A stretch of DNA of 64,000 nt from Escherichia coli (GTDB lineage Bacteria; Pseudomonadota; Gammaproteobacteria; Enterobacterales; Enterobacteriaceae): assembly GCA_032372955.1 (NCBI GenBank), contig GCA_032372955.1_4725.1, one strand, 5' to 3'. The translations under genes were made by a program, and so were the position numbers. Shown in pieces: positions 19,018 to 28,996 of this stretch (its first letter is position 1; each line of letters opens with the position of its first letter). The notes beneath the pieces were generated by a model. It saw nothing but the letters and a program-made list of their open reading frames with translations. It had not been told where the DNA came from and did no database searches.

Positions 19018-21024
19018 ATGATTACAACACAGACAACCACCACGAAACGTCGTGTGAGGGCACGCGAGCTTATGCATTGGCCGGTTGATGAGGTGTTCGA
19101 ATGGGCACAGCCTAATGACCGTGTGTATATCGAGATGGACGATGGCGTTCATGAATTGCGTGCACGACGCATTTTCTTTAGTTACATGCACTGGTCTGTG
19201 CATCGCATGTATCCTGAGACCCCACTAACAAAAGAGAACCTGGTTGATAAACGCAAGTTCACAGCGGGTTCATCGGTTGCGTTGCAAAGCGCAGCGTATC
19301 GTCAATGCATGTATGCTTATCCACAAGAGAATCGTGAGGTTCTCTGGAAAGCATTGTTCGATATGTTTAACAATGTGTATAACTTCTTTACGTATGCGTT
19401 GGAGGAATACGTAACAACGATTTGCGCGGACGATTTTTATCAGATTACCGTACACCCCGAAGTTAAGAAAATCATCGCCGAAGCGGAACCCACCCGCGAA
19501 GGTATCGAAAGCGCATACAAGAAACTGACAAAGGTACTGAGCACCGATAAAACGTTACACGCAAACCCTATTGCACGTGCGGTAAGAACCGAACACGTTT
19601 CGATCGGACAGGTGCTGCAGTGTATTGGGATGCGTGGATTCTTGACTGATATTAACTCCGAGATATTCCGTGACCCAGTGATGCGGTCATACGCAGCTGG
19701 TTTGATCTCTCTTCCAGACAGCTTGAAAGAAAGTCGTTCTGCGGCAAAATCGTTGCTGTTCAACAAAGAGCAGATTAAAAAGTCTGAATATTTCGGTCGT
19801 GAACTTCAGATAGCGACAGCGGTTGTACAACGACTCCATCCTGGTGATTGTGGTAGTAAAGAGACCATCCCGATGCCAATCCGTGATGAGACCGACCTGC
19901 GTGGCTTCCACGGTCGATTCATTATTCGTGACGACGGTTCGTTGGTAGCGATACAACCACACATGAAAGAATTGATCGGCACCACAGTGCGCATGCGCTC
20001 TGTTAACTATTGTCATCATCCCGATCCTGCTGGGGTATGTACGACGTGTTACGGTGAATTAAGTCATAACTTCGCATTGACTGATAATGTCGGCGACGGT
20101 GCAGCGCGTACCTGTTCGCAACAGGTAACGCAGAACATTCTTTCTACCAAACACCACGATGGTTCGTCAACGGTATCCACAGCACCAATCCCACCGGAAT
20201 ATCAACATATCCTTCGCTACAGCCAGAACATGAACGACATCAAACTCGCACGTGAGCTGAAAGGTAAACACGTGTTGATTAAGATGAAGTTAGGTCTTGC
20301 GAACATGTTGTACGACGTAGCGGAAGCGGAAGAAATCAGTTCGCTGATACCGCAACGTCTGTTTAACATGACGCTTTGCGATATGGAGATTTACGACAGG
20401 AAAGATGAAAGCTATCGTAAGCTCAAAGTCAATTTCGATTTCTGTGGTCGTCCTGTTGTACCGAGTAAAGCGTTTATCCGGTATCTCAAACGCCATAGCT
20501 GGGAAGTGACGTCTGACGGGATTGTGATTTTCGACTTGAAACATTGGGACAATTCACGTACGTTATTCCAGATGCCGTTAATCCACAAAAACATGATGGA
20601 ATACGCAAAAGAAATCGAACGTGAATTCAAATTCGGGAAAGGTTCTTTCAGTGCCGGATTCCTCTCGGAAGACGAAGCAACACCGGAAGAAGTTGCAAAC
20701 GTGCTGTACTATTGGCATCGCCTGTGTGCTCAGCGTCTGCGAATGAACCTTTCGCATCTCGACGTTATTCTCTACGCCAGCATGATTCGTTCACCGCACA
20801 CGAAAGATTATCGCATGCCGAAACAGGGAACAACACGATACTTCAGTACCTTCAAGAAGAACATGAACATGCGCTCCTTGAGTATGAAGTTCGCTCACCA
20901 AGAGCAGCTGGATGCGTTCCAAAACCCGAACAGTTATATCCCAACCATGAAGCCGGATCATCCGATCGACTACATGCTGTTACCGCGTAAAGAACCTAAA
21001 CCGGAGGATGTAATCACGTTATGA
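19018..21024 (+). CDS. RNA polymerase beta-prime-like subunit, C-terminal part (tentative)
   Basis: QCIGMRGFLTDINSEIFRDPVMRSYAAGL resembles beta-prime GMRGLMAKP...NFREGL region preceding the bridge helix; weak overall. Confidence 0.45.
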   Translation: MITTQTTTTKRRVRARELMHWPVDEVFEWAQPNDRVYIEMDDGVHELRARRIFFSYMHWSVHRMYPETPLTKENLVDKRKFTAGSSVALQSAAYRQCMYAYPQENREVLWKALFDMFNNVYNFFTYALEEYVTTICADDFYQITVHPEVKKIIAEAEPTREGIESAYKKLTKVLSTDKTLHANPIARAVRTEHVSIGQVLQCIGMRGFLTDINSEIFRDPVMRSYAAGLISLPDSLKESRSAAKSLLFNKEQIKKSEYFGRELQIATAVVQRLHPGDCGSKETIPMPIRDETDLRGFHGRFIIRDDGSLVAIQPHMKELIGTTVRMRSVNYCHHPDPAGVCTTCYGELSHNFALTDNVGDGAARTCSQQVTQNILSTKHHDGSSTVSTAPIPPEYQHILRYSQNMNDIKLARELKGKHVLIKMKLGLANMLYDVAEAEEISSLIPQRLFNMTLCDMEIYDRKDESYRKLKVNFDFCGRPVVPSKAFIRYLKRHSWEVTSDGIVIFDLKHWDNSRTLFQMPLIHKNMMEYAKEIEREFKFGKGSFSAGFLSEDEATPEEVANVLYYWHRLCAQRLRMNLSHLDVILYASMIRSPHTKDYRMPKQGTTRYFSTFKKNMNMRSLSMKFAHQEQLDAFQNPNSYIPTMKPDHPIDYMLLPRKEPKPEDVITL

Positions 21025-22595
21025 AGTTAGCTCGTATCGACGTCTTCTCGCATGGCATGAGGCTGAGCGGATACGGACTTCGATTTGCCCATCTTATCGG
21101 CCATTACCTTCGAGACCGTTGTTTGCATCTGAGGAAACGGCGTGACCCTCGTACACGGAGAATGGTTACCGATACCATAAACACGTATGCCGCGGCAAGA
21201 AGCGATTATAGCGAGGTATACTTACTCCGCGAACAGTTGAAATCGTTTTTGGATTTTATCTTTTCCCGAGGGATACGAAAAGAGTGGTTGGAAATCGTCT
21301 ATCACGATCCGGTACCAGGTAAGGAAGTGGAGTTCGTAAAGAAATGGAAGTTTCCATGGCGTGAAGATCAGCAAGAATGGTTGGAGTACATGGACGGGGG
21401 TAAGGATACCCCCTTCAGAATGAGCCTAAACACCGCTCAAACGGGGTCGGGTAAAACAGCCATGTCTCAGGAGATTACCTTCCGACGCGGTGTACGGACG
21501 GGCATCATTCTGTCGCCGAGATACATGCCAGGCTGGCGAAGCTCACTACTGAACTTCTTCGGAATGGAACCAGGGGACGTTATCGAGATACGCGGGAACG
21601 CTAAGGAGGATCCACCGCATCCCGACATTCCTCGTTACAGTATGTTGGAGTTTCAAACCTTGGTTGAACAAGGTGAACTCGACTTCAAAATCGCATTGTT
21701 CTCCTTGAACATGTTCCAACGTTATATTGCGGACTACGAGAAGAATAACTGCGTTGCGCCATATGCCTTTCATCCCGCTGAGTTTTGGGAAAAGACCGGC
21801 ATAGGTTTGCTGATTCATGACGAGTGTCACGAAGCATTGCATTTCTTGTTTAAGGTCAAGTGTTACGCCAATATTCCGGAAATCATTTATCTGTCGGCAA
21901 CAGCGGTATCCGATGATCCGTTTATCGAACAGATGCTGTATTTGATGTATCCGAAAGAAGCCCGTTATGCGAAAGGCGAATACAAGAAATACATTGCGGT
22001 AAATGCGGTAACGTACCGACTACGCAGTACAGATAAAGTCAGATACAAAGGGTTTGGTGGAGCTTATTCGCACACGATATTCGAACAGTCTATCATGAAG
22101 AACAAGCAACTCAAACTCGCGTATTTTAACTTCATCTATACCGTTATTATCAAGGGTTTCATGAACCAGTATCAGGAAGGTATGAAGATGCTGGTGTATT
22201 GTGCGACCGTTGATATGTGTAAGTCGTTGTCGCATTATCTCAGTGAACGTATTCCTGAGCTAGAGATCGGTCCTTATACTGCTGAAGAAGATTTCATGGT
22301 CTTGCTGGATAACGATATTAGCGTTACGACAGTGAAATCGGCAGGTACCGGTATCGACCTTCCTGACTTGGTGATGACGTTCATGACGTTAGCGATGGGG
22401 TCACGAACCGGCAACATTCAGGTGTTGGGACGACTGCGTCAGCTGAAAGGGAAGTTTGAAGGAATGACGCCAACGTTCTGGTATCTGGTATGTACTTCTA
22501 TCGAAGCGCACCGTAAATACCATCAGCGCAAGGTGGAGTTCTTCAGCGACAAAGTGCTTACCCAGCGTGTTATCGATGAAGATTTTGAATTGTAA
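21021..22595 (+). CDS. SF2 DEAD/DEAH-box helicase
   Basis: Walker A TGSGKTAMS and DEAH-like LLIHDECHEA; ATGA start/stop overlap with upstream gene. Confidence 0.65.
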   Translation: MKLARIDVFSHGMRLSGYGLRFAHLIGHYLRDRCLHLRKRRDPRTRRMVTDTINTYAAARSDYSEVYLLREQLKSFLDFIFSRGIRKEWLEIVYHDPVPGKEVEFVKKWKFPWREDQQEWLEYMDGGKDTPFRMSLNTAQTGSGKTAMSQEITFRRGVRTGIILSPRYMPGWRSSLLNFFGMEPGDVIEIRGNAKEDPPHPDIPRYSMLEFQTLVEQGELDFKIALFSLNMFQRYIADYEKNNCVAPYAFHPAEFWEKTGIGLLIHDECHEALHFLFKVKCYANIPEIIYLSATAVSDDPFIEQMLYLMYPKEARYAKGEYKKYIAVNAVTYRLRSTDKVRYKGFGGAYSHTIFEQSIMKNKQLKLAYFNFIYTVIIKGFMNQYQEGMKMLVYCATVDMCKSLSHYLSERIPELEIGPYTAEEDFMVLLDNDISVTTVKSAGTGIDLPDLVMTFMTLAMGSRTGNIQVLGRLRQLKGKFEGMTPTFWYLVCTSIEAHRKYHQRKVEFFSDKVLTQRVIDEDFEL

Positions 22596-22627
22596 CGATA
22601 GCGTTTGGTGGAATCAAAAATCAATGA

Positions 22628-22646
22628 GGGGCCTCGAAGCAGGCCC
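22628..22646 (+). terminator. short GC stem-loop
   Basis: GGGGCCT / AGGCCC inverted repeat. Confidence 0.3.
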
Positions 22647-22663
22647 TTATAACCGGAGCATGT

Positions 22664-23557
22664 ATGTCACAAGTAAGAGGCGTGAAACAAATCGCCAATT
22701 TAATGATGTTAAGTGGTGAGACACAGCAGGAACGTGAGCTGGTCTTCTTTGGTAAACTGGCTGAAGACGGTGTTGAACGTCTTCGTCAAGTCGCATCAAA
22801 AATCGAACATATGGTGCAACATCAATGGTTGTTTGATAACACAGCCGTTGGTGGTGTGAAAGGTCAGGTGCGCGCACGTGCGATACAGATCGATAACGAA
22901 GAACCGAAATACATCATGACTACGAAGGTGTATCGCGGTCCAGGTGATGCAACGGAAAGCGAAGTCGAAATTCCGGTCGAGATGTTTGACGCGATCGAAC
23001 GTATGGCTCCTGAAGGCCAAGCGAAAACACGTTACACCGTAGAAAGCGCTGATGGTCTGGCATGGGAAGTTGACGTCATCTATACACGAGACCACCAGGT
23101 TGTTGAGTGGACGAAGATCGATATTGAAATTCCGGCTGGAACTTATCTTCGTGAAAATCCGACGTTGCCTGAAGCGTTGAGTGATGTGTTTGTGCAGATG
23201 ATCGATCGTCCTCACGCAAAACGTACGGATGAAGAGAACGCTATTCTTGACGATCTGTTCAAGAACAAATTCTACATCAAGAACGATAAGGTTGTGGTGA
23301 GCAAACTTCCTGAAGGGTTTGAACGCTTTGTTGATCCTAAGGTCGTCATTGAAATGCTGATGCCTGCCATCGAACCTCTCGTAAATATGATTCCAGCGTT
23401 AAGCTACAACGAGAAGTATTTTGATTTCGATGAAGAAGGTCAGCTGAAAAGCGCTTTACAAGAACTCAAGCATGCCGCACTCAGTGTCTTACGTTTAAGT
23501 AAGAAGAACAACGAAGAGTGTGATTGCGACCAAGATAAGAATGGAGAAAATGAATGA
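22664..23557 (+). CDS. hypothetical protein, possibly CYTH-like (triphosphate tunnel) fold
   Basis: Alternating charged motifs ERE, RAR, EVEIP, EVDVI, DIEIP suggest CYTH-like strands; weak. Confidence 0.6.
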   Translation: MSQVRGVKQIANLMMLSGETQQERELVFFGKLAEDGVERLRQVASKIEHMVQHQWLFDNTAVGGVKGQVRARAIQIDNEEPKYIMTTKVYRGPGDATESEVEIPVEMFDAIERMAPEGQAKTRYTVESADGLAWEVDVIYTRDHQVVEWTKIDIEIPAGTYLRENPTLPEALSDVFVQMIDRPHAKRTDEENAILDDLFKNKFYIKNDKVVVSKLPEGFERFVDPKVVIEMLMPAIEPLVNMIPALSYNEKYFDFDEEGQLKSALQELKHAALSVLRLSKKNNEECDCDQDKNGENE

Positions 23558-23892
23558 ACGTACAACAAATCTGTTTAATCGATGATCAGTTCAGTGAAAT
23601 TAACGGTGAGCGTTACAATGTTGTAAGCTGGACGCTTTCGATGGTCCAGGCTGCTGAACAATTCCCGATGGACAAACACAGCCCTGAAGCGTTCCGCGAT
23701 GTCTATAAACAAACCCAGCTGGTTGACCGTAAACTACCCGAAGGTTACGACGACGAGAAACTACTGAACGATATTAAGCGTGCGTTCGCCTTACACATGC
23801 TAACCTTAACCGAAGACGATCCTTTAGAAATCCCTGACGAGTGGCTTATCTACGATATGGAAGCCTACTTCATGAAAGAACTCTGGTTCTAA
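23554..23892 (+). CDS. hypothetical protein
   Basis: ORF track; overlaps upstream stop. Confidence 0.6.
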   Translation: MNVQQICLIDDQFSEINGERYNVVSWTLSMVQAAEQFPMDKHSPEAFRDVYKQTQLVDRKLPEGYDDEKLLNDIKRAFALHMLTLTEDDPLEIPDEWLIYDMEAYFMKELWF

Positions 23893-23909
23893 ATTAAATT
23901 GACATAAAC

Positions 23910-23966
23910 CTTCCTCCCCGCCCGTTATGGGTAGGGAGGAAGATATGCTAACTATTTTTTTTTTTA
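23910..23966. terminator. bidirectional terminator (hairpin plus T12 tract)
   Basis: CTTCCTCCCC / GGGTAGGGAGGAAG stem then ACTATTTTTTTTTTT; lies between convergent genes. Confidence 0.55.
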
Positions 23967-25415
23967 CTCGGTGAAGTGTGGTTTATAACCAGCCTGCCAT
24001 GCGGCGGTCATGGCGTCGTAGTTGATGTGTGAAGTGCCTGCCGGGAATGTCCAACCACTCAGATCCTGATTGAACGCGAAGCACCCAGACAACATATTGT
24101 TTGCATTCTTAACAGACGAAACATCCCACGAACCGATCGGTTGGTTGAATGTAGCGCAACCGTAGAAGAGGTCCTTCATTGAAGTAATGTTGCGGGTGTT
24201 CCATTTGGTGATGTTCACGTCGTTAATAACGCTGCATCGCGTAAACATACCTTCTAACGATGTCCAGTATGCCGGGATATAATCGGGAACCTTAGTTAAA
24301 CTGTTCGCCGCAAGGAATGATGGGGCCTTAGGTAATCCGTTGTTCCAGTCAACGATTTCAGTGATGTTACCACCGGTGAAGCTTTGCTGTACCTCTGTAT
24401 CTTCAACATTGGTAGGGGTACCCGTAGCGACGATCGTACGTTCCGTAGTGTCCGCATAAGTGTGCCGATATTCATTATCGCCTGAGTCCTGCGTCGTCTT
24501 ATTCCCATCACCCCAATCGATATTGACATTTGTCCAACCATCTAATGACAATATAATGCTGCCGCCTTTTGTTTTAAGAACGTATTGGATTGGTTTAGGT
24601 GAAGCGTGACCAACAACCATAGCACCCTTAAGGCTACCGATAACCCAATCTTTCTTGGTGGTTACCAGTAACTCGGCGTCACCGTATGACCGCACCTCTA
24701 CTCTACGAGCGTCTTCGCTTCCGTTAATTGTCTGCATTGCTTGTTGCATTTGTTCGCTGGTAATATCACCATAACGAACCATGACGTTCAGGATATTCTG
24801 GAAGTACGCAGCGTCAAGGACACCTTCAGTTGTTTCGGCATTTCCGTTTTCGCCGATAACCGAGGTTGTTGCTAACAGTAACGAACCAGATGTGTCAGCT
24901 TCAACGCCATCCAGATAAACCAGATTCGTAAGATTGGTTTGCTTGATGATCGTAATCAAGCTCAACGTATCGTTAGCGATATTGAACTGAAGATTACCAG
25001 CCCAAACATAAGACGTGTTTGCAACCGGAACCGTAATGTCTTTAATACCGGTGTCTTCGAACGTAATCTGCTTATTCAGCTCGGATTCGAGGAAGTCGAC
25101 GGTTGTGTCGAATACCAATCCGTAACGTTCAGCGATCGTGTTGATGATATCCCTTACGGCGGTATCATTTTTAACGATAACCCGTAACGGGATCCCAGTG
25201 AAGTTTTTAGCGATGTCTCGACGGATATAGGTCAGGGACTGCTCGTTAAAGTAACGGCTAGCATCGTTCGGTTTGATCGTAACAACAACCGTTCCGGGCA
25301 CTTCGCTTACCGGTTCAGTTAGTTCAAATTTTACGTCGTCTAATGTCAGCTGTAAGCTGTTTTTGCTATTTACTAACGCGAGAAGTTCGTCTTTCCAGCT
25401 TTGTTTGAGTTTCAT
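23964..25415 (-). CDS. DUF285/BspA-type repeat protein (reverse strand), possible virion or host-interaction protein
   Basis: C-terminal repeats FYGCATFNQPIGSWDVSSV and GCFAFNQDLSGW. Confidence 0.55.
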   Translation of the reverse strand: MKLKQSWKDELLALVNSKNSLQLTLDDVKFELTEPVSEVPGTVVVTIKPNDASRYFNEQSLTYIRRDIAKNFTGIPLRVIVKNDTAVRDIINTIAERYGLVFDTTVDFLESELNKQITFEDTGIKDITVPVANTSYVWAGNLQFNIANDTLSLITIIKQTNLTNLVYLDGVEADTSGSLLLATTSVIGENGNAETTEGVLDAAYFQNILNVMVRYGDITSEQMQQAMQTINGSEDARRVEVRSYGDAELLVTTKKDWVIGSLKGAMVVGHASPKPIQYVLKTKGGSIILSLDGWTNVNIDWGDGNKTTQDSGDNEYRHTYADTTERTIVATGTPTNVEDTEVQQSFTGGNITEIVDWNNGLPKAPSFLAANSLTKVPDYIPAYWTSLEGMFTRCSVINDVNITKWNTRNITSMKDLFYGCATFNQPIGSWDVSSVKNANNMLSGCFAFNQDLSGWTFPAGTSHINYDAMTAAWQAGYKPHFTE

Positions 25416-25514
25416 TTATTCTGCCTTATTAAATAAGTACAACGCATATACGTCATACGATCTTGCAACAAATACAGCATAAAGCTCTGCATGATGTCAG
25501 GTAGAGCTTCTTAA

Positions 25515-27596
25515 TCACCATTCCAAGAACGCAGGTCGTGGTTTAATATCGTATTCCGTGGTGTTTACGGTAACGTATTGATCGTATCCTTCCATCGCCA
25601 ACGTTTCTTGCAAGTTAACATCATCTTGCTTGTTCACAACATATTTGACACCCGTGATTTCTTCAACAAGCTGTCGACTTAACTCCATGATTTCGTGGCT
25701 ACGTGTAGAAACGTTACCCTCGCTTCCCGTATCTAACATGAAACGATAAATCCGAACAGGTTGCGTTTGCCCTACACGGTCAAGACGGCTGATGGCTTGG
25801 ATTTCATCGGATGAACGCCATGGGTTGTTCAGGAAAAGACCGACATTACACATCAGCATCGGAACCCCTTCAGCTAAGCTATCAAATGTTGCGATAGCGG
25901 GACCGCTGTCAGGATCATCGCGTAAGCGAGCAAGTATCTGGTTGATGTTCTTGTTGGTCTTCCCGTAAATGGGTTCAGGTAAGAAACCCGCATCACGAAG
26001 CATGTTGTCGACGCGCTCAACCACCTGAACGTACGACGTGAAGATCAACACTTTGGCTTCAGCGTTGTTGATGTACCCTTCGAAGTCGATGTACTCCACC
26101 ATGTCGACATGACACCGAATGCGGGCTGCACCTAGAACACGGGCCAACGCTTCACCCTGAATTTTCAACCCAACGTACTTGATGACACTCTTGGCGTCTT
26201 TGAAAGCAATCCTTAAATCGGAAGGAAGAACCGGCATGATAGAACGTTTTTCAAACGCATTGCAGAACATCGCATCTTCTTTGTCTCTGACGGGATCGTA
26301 ACCTTTCTGGAAACGAGCGACGATCGATTCGTATCGAGATAGCTCTTTACGTTCTCCGTCGGTACGAATAGTCTTACGATAGTAGTCCAAGGCGTCATCA
26401 AAAATCTTTCTGTAGTGTCCCCAGTTATCCTTGTAATACTTCGCCCGATCGCGTACAAATATCGCCATGTCGTCGCGGATACTCGAGATGGTATAATCGC
26501 TGCCGTTAGGGAGCTTCACGTAAACATCCTGAACTTCCGGTCGGGTTTTACGATAAGCTTCTTTAGGTACAACATGCATCATGAACCCAAGACGATGTCT
26601 GAGGATATCGTTAGCGCGACTGCTGGTTAAACCGTAAATCGCTTTGAAGCTATCGACCACCTGTCCTTGGAACATCGGGTCGATACAACCTAAACATGGG
26701 ATCATCTCAGAACCCATCTGTTTAACGGGCGTACCCGACATAAACAAGACATGCACATCCGCATTCATGGTCTGACGCATCGTCTGTACGAGATCAACCA
26801 ATCGTTGGGAACGTTGGCTGTTCTTGTCGTTGAAGTTATGGCTTTCGTCAACCACGATCAACACGCGCTTCGCTGTGCGTTTATGCTTGATCATTACATC
26901 GTTTAATAAACCCATCGACTCGTAATGCAGAAAATAATACTTATCGCTTTTCTGCAACTGTGATGGTGGCATTGTATCTGACCAGAACGCGGTTTCTGTT
27001 GCGGGGTCAACGATGGCTTTGTTTACATCGGATTGCCATGCTGAACGCATGGTGTTCTTAGGACAGCAGACCACAAATACATCGACGTTCATTGCGGCGC
27101 TTAAAGCCAATGCGGTGATTGTTTTACCGGCACCAGCACCCATCGCACACACGTATCCTTTCAGTCGGTATTTAGGTACGTTACGGTTATAGATGTCGAT
27201 AAACTCATCTTGATAATCGAACAGGGAGAGCGTTAGCATTTTGTTCATGCGTGCTTTATCGAGGATTGCAGGTTGTTCGATTGTGGTATTTTGCAGCCAC
27301 GTTTCCTGCAGCAGTACCTCAATAAGGTGTTTCAGCATGCGTTTGTTACTGCGGGTATTCTTTGCTTCGATGATCGTTTCGAGAATATAAACGAAATCGG
27401 GAAGGTAAAAGTTGTGGAGACTGAGTCCACTAGAAGAGAAATTACGAAACATATGTTTCATAAATCGGGAGGTACCCCATATTCGCTGAATGTCATCTGA
27501 AAGACGCCAGGCATCGATACCCCCGATATGCACGGTGTTGTTACTCTGATTTTTAACCGCTATTCGGTTCATTAAACGATTGATTCTATCCAACAT
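25515..27596 (-). CDS. SNF2-family helicase/ATPase
   Basis: DExH box VVDESHNF, motif III FMSGTPVKQ, motif VI QAISRLDRVGQTQPVRIYRF; start set to internal ATG (MLDRIN). Confidence 0.7.
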   Translation of the reverse strand: MLDRINRLMNRIAVKNQSNNTVHIGGIDAWRLSDDIQRIWGTSRFMKHMFRNFSSSGLSLHNFYLPDFVYILETIIEAKNTRSNKRMLKHLIEVLLQETWLQNTTIEQPAILDKARMNKMLTLSLFDYQDEFIDIYNRNVPKYRLKGYVCAMGAGAGKTITALALSAAMNVDVFVVCCPKNTMRSAWQSDVNKAIVDPATETAFWSDTMPPSQLQKSDKYYFLHYESMGLLNDVMIKHKRTAKRVLIVVDESHNFNDKNSQRSQRLVDLVQTMRQTMNADVHVLFMSGTPVKQMGSEMIPCLGCIDPMFQGQVVDSFKAIYGLTSSRANDILRHRLGFMMHVVPKEAYRKTRPEVQDVYVKLPNGSDYTISSIRDDMAIFVRDRAKYYKDNWGHYRKIFDDALDYYRKTIRTDGERKELSRYESIVARFQKGYDPVRDKEDAMFCNAFEKRSIMPVLPSDLRIAFKDAKSVIKYVGLKIQGEALARVLGAARIRCHVDMVEYIDFEGYINNAEAKVLIFTSYVQVVERVDNMLRDAGFLPEPIYGKTNKNINQILARLRDDPDSGPAIATFDSLAEGVPMLMCNVGLFLNNPWRSSDEIQAISRLDRVGQTQPVRIYRFMLDTGSEGNVSTRSHEIMELSRQLVEEITGVKYVVNKQDDVNLQETLAMEGYDQYVTVNTTEYDIKPRPAFLEW

Positions 27597-27631
27597 AATC
27601 GCGCTCGATTTAATAGAATGTATGATAAAAA

Positions 27632-27660
27632 CTCCTCCCCACACCTTTCCTGGGGAGGAG
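27632..27660. promoter_or_regulatory. GC-rich hairpin in divergent intergenic region
   Basis: CTCCTCCCC / GGGGAGGAG inverted repeat. Confidence 0.35.
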
Positions 27661-27736
27661 GCCGGGGATGTCCCTTAAAATGACGTCATTCGACAATCCA
27701 TAAAATACGATGGGCATCGAAACGGACCAACACAAA

Positions 27737-27762
27737 TCCTTTCACGGCTATATTACTTACGT
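27737..27762 (+). promoter_or_regulatory. putative early promoter TTTCACGGCTATATTACTTA
   Basis: Identical 20-mer core to copies at 4459 and 57151. Confidence 0.45.
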
Positions 27763-27804
27763 GGGTAAAGAAAATTTATTAATAGATTCAAAGAGGTACG
27801 TGCG

Positions 27805-28491
27805 ATGAAATCTTTATATTCGTTGGATTGTTTAAATTTCTTATCTCAGGAAACACGCGCTGAAGTAATTGAAAATATTCGGAAGAACGATCTTGCCCAT
27901 CAAGAAGAACATGTGCTTGCTGTTGTTGAACTGGCAAATGAACTTGCTGATGTGGTTGGTATCATCAAGCCCACGGAACGTCGTCGTCTATTAACGGCTG
28001 CTTTTATGCATGATATCGCTTGCCACGAAAACAGAACATACCACCACCTTATCGGGGGTATTCGTGCGTCGGTTATACTGCTTCGTAACGAGCAGCATAT
28101 TTTCACACCGGAAGACATCGAGGAGATACGCGTACTTATTGCTGAGCATCGTGCGTCGTATTCTGGTCCACGTAGCTCGGTTGCTTCTCAGGTGCTTCGT
28201 CTGGCGGATATGGGTCGTCTCGATAGCGAACGTTTTGGTATCCGTGCAATCGAACATCGTTACGGTCAGATGAGCAAAGAGTTCGCATTACAGGAAACCG
28301 CCGACTATCTTATTTCTAAATTTGCGCCTGATGGCTACGCTTGGATTACGTATCCGGCGTTAGGTCAGCAACTTTATATGAAAGAGATTGCGGTGATTAA
28401 ATCGCTCTGTGCGGATCGTGATAAACTCATTGCTTATTTGGATGATGTTTATACGTATGTTGAAAAGAAACATGGTGAAATCATGTGTTAA
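27805..28491 (+). CDS. HD-domain phosphohydrolase
   Basis: His...HD signature (EEHVLAV ... FMHDIA). Confidence 0.55.
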   Translation: MKSLYSLDCLNFLSQETRAEVIENIRKNDLAHQEEHVLAVVELANELADVVGIIKPTERRRLLTAAFMHDIACHENRTYHHLIGGIRASVILLRNEQHIFTPEDIEEIRVLIAEHRASYSGPRSSVASQVLRLADMGRLDSERFGIRAIEHRYGQMSKEFALQETADYLISKFAPDGYAWITYPALGQQLYMKEIAVIKSLCADRDKLIAYLDDVYTYVEKKHGEIMC

Positions 28492-28513
28492 ACATGAAAG
28501 CGGAGAATAATGA

Positions 28514-28996
28514 ATGAGTATCGTTGATTTAACATTAACAGAAGTTGGTGATGGTATTGAGGTTTCGATGAAAACCTCCGACGATCGCACCGTTGTTGCT
28601 AAACTGGAAGAAACCCTGTACGGCAATTACGTGGTGGGCGTTTCAGGGAAGGTGAGTATGTATCGCCTGGCTGGTATTTTAAGCGTCTTTGATGGGGGAT
28701 TGCTGCCGTCCGACCAACTCGAGCTCCAGAACAAATTGATCGACAATGACTTCTACACGGAAAATGTGAAAGTCTTTGGTTACAGCATGATGGGTGGTGT
28801 ATTTAGCGCCGCGACGAACACGCTTAACTTCGGTACCCAACAACTGATTCAGTTCAGTATCGAAAAGGGTAAACTGAAAACGGCGTGGAAAGGCAGCGCT
28901 GCATTCACACCAACCGATCTTCTGCTTACTTCCGCAGAACAGCATTTAAAAGCAAGTAAATCGGGTCGTGCGTTTCTGGAGCAATTAAATCAATGA
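28514..28996 (+). CDS. hypothetical protein
   Basis: ORF track. Confidence 0.6.
   Translation: MSIVDLTLTEVGDGIEVSMKTSDDRTVVAKLEETLYGNYVVGVSGKVSMYRLAGILSVFDGGLLPSDQLELQNKLIDNDFYTENVKVFGYSMMGGVFSAATNTLNFGTQQLIQFSIEKGKLKTAWKGSAAFTPTDLLLTSAEQHLKASKSGRAFLEQLNQ

Noticed and set aside
27597-27644. Upstream GTG start (27644) for the SNF2 helicase as given by the ORF track
   Set aside because: The GTG lies inside the hairpin with the only purine-rich stretch directly abutting it; the internal ATG (MLDRIN) is preferred, though this start remains uncertain.
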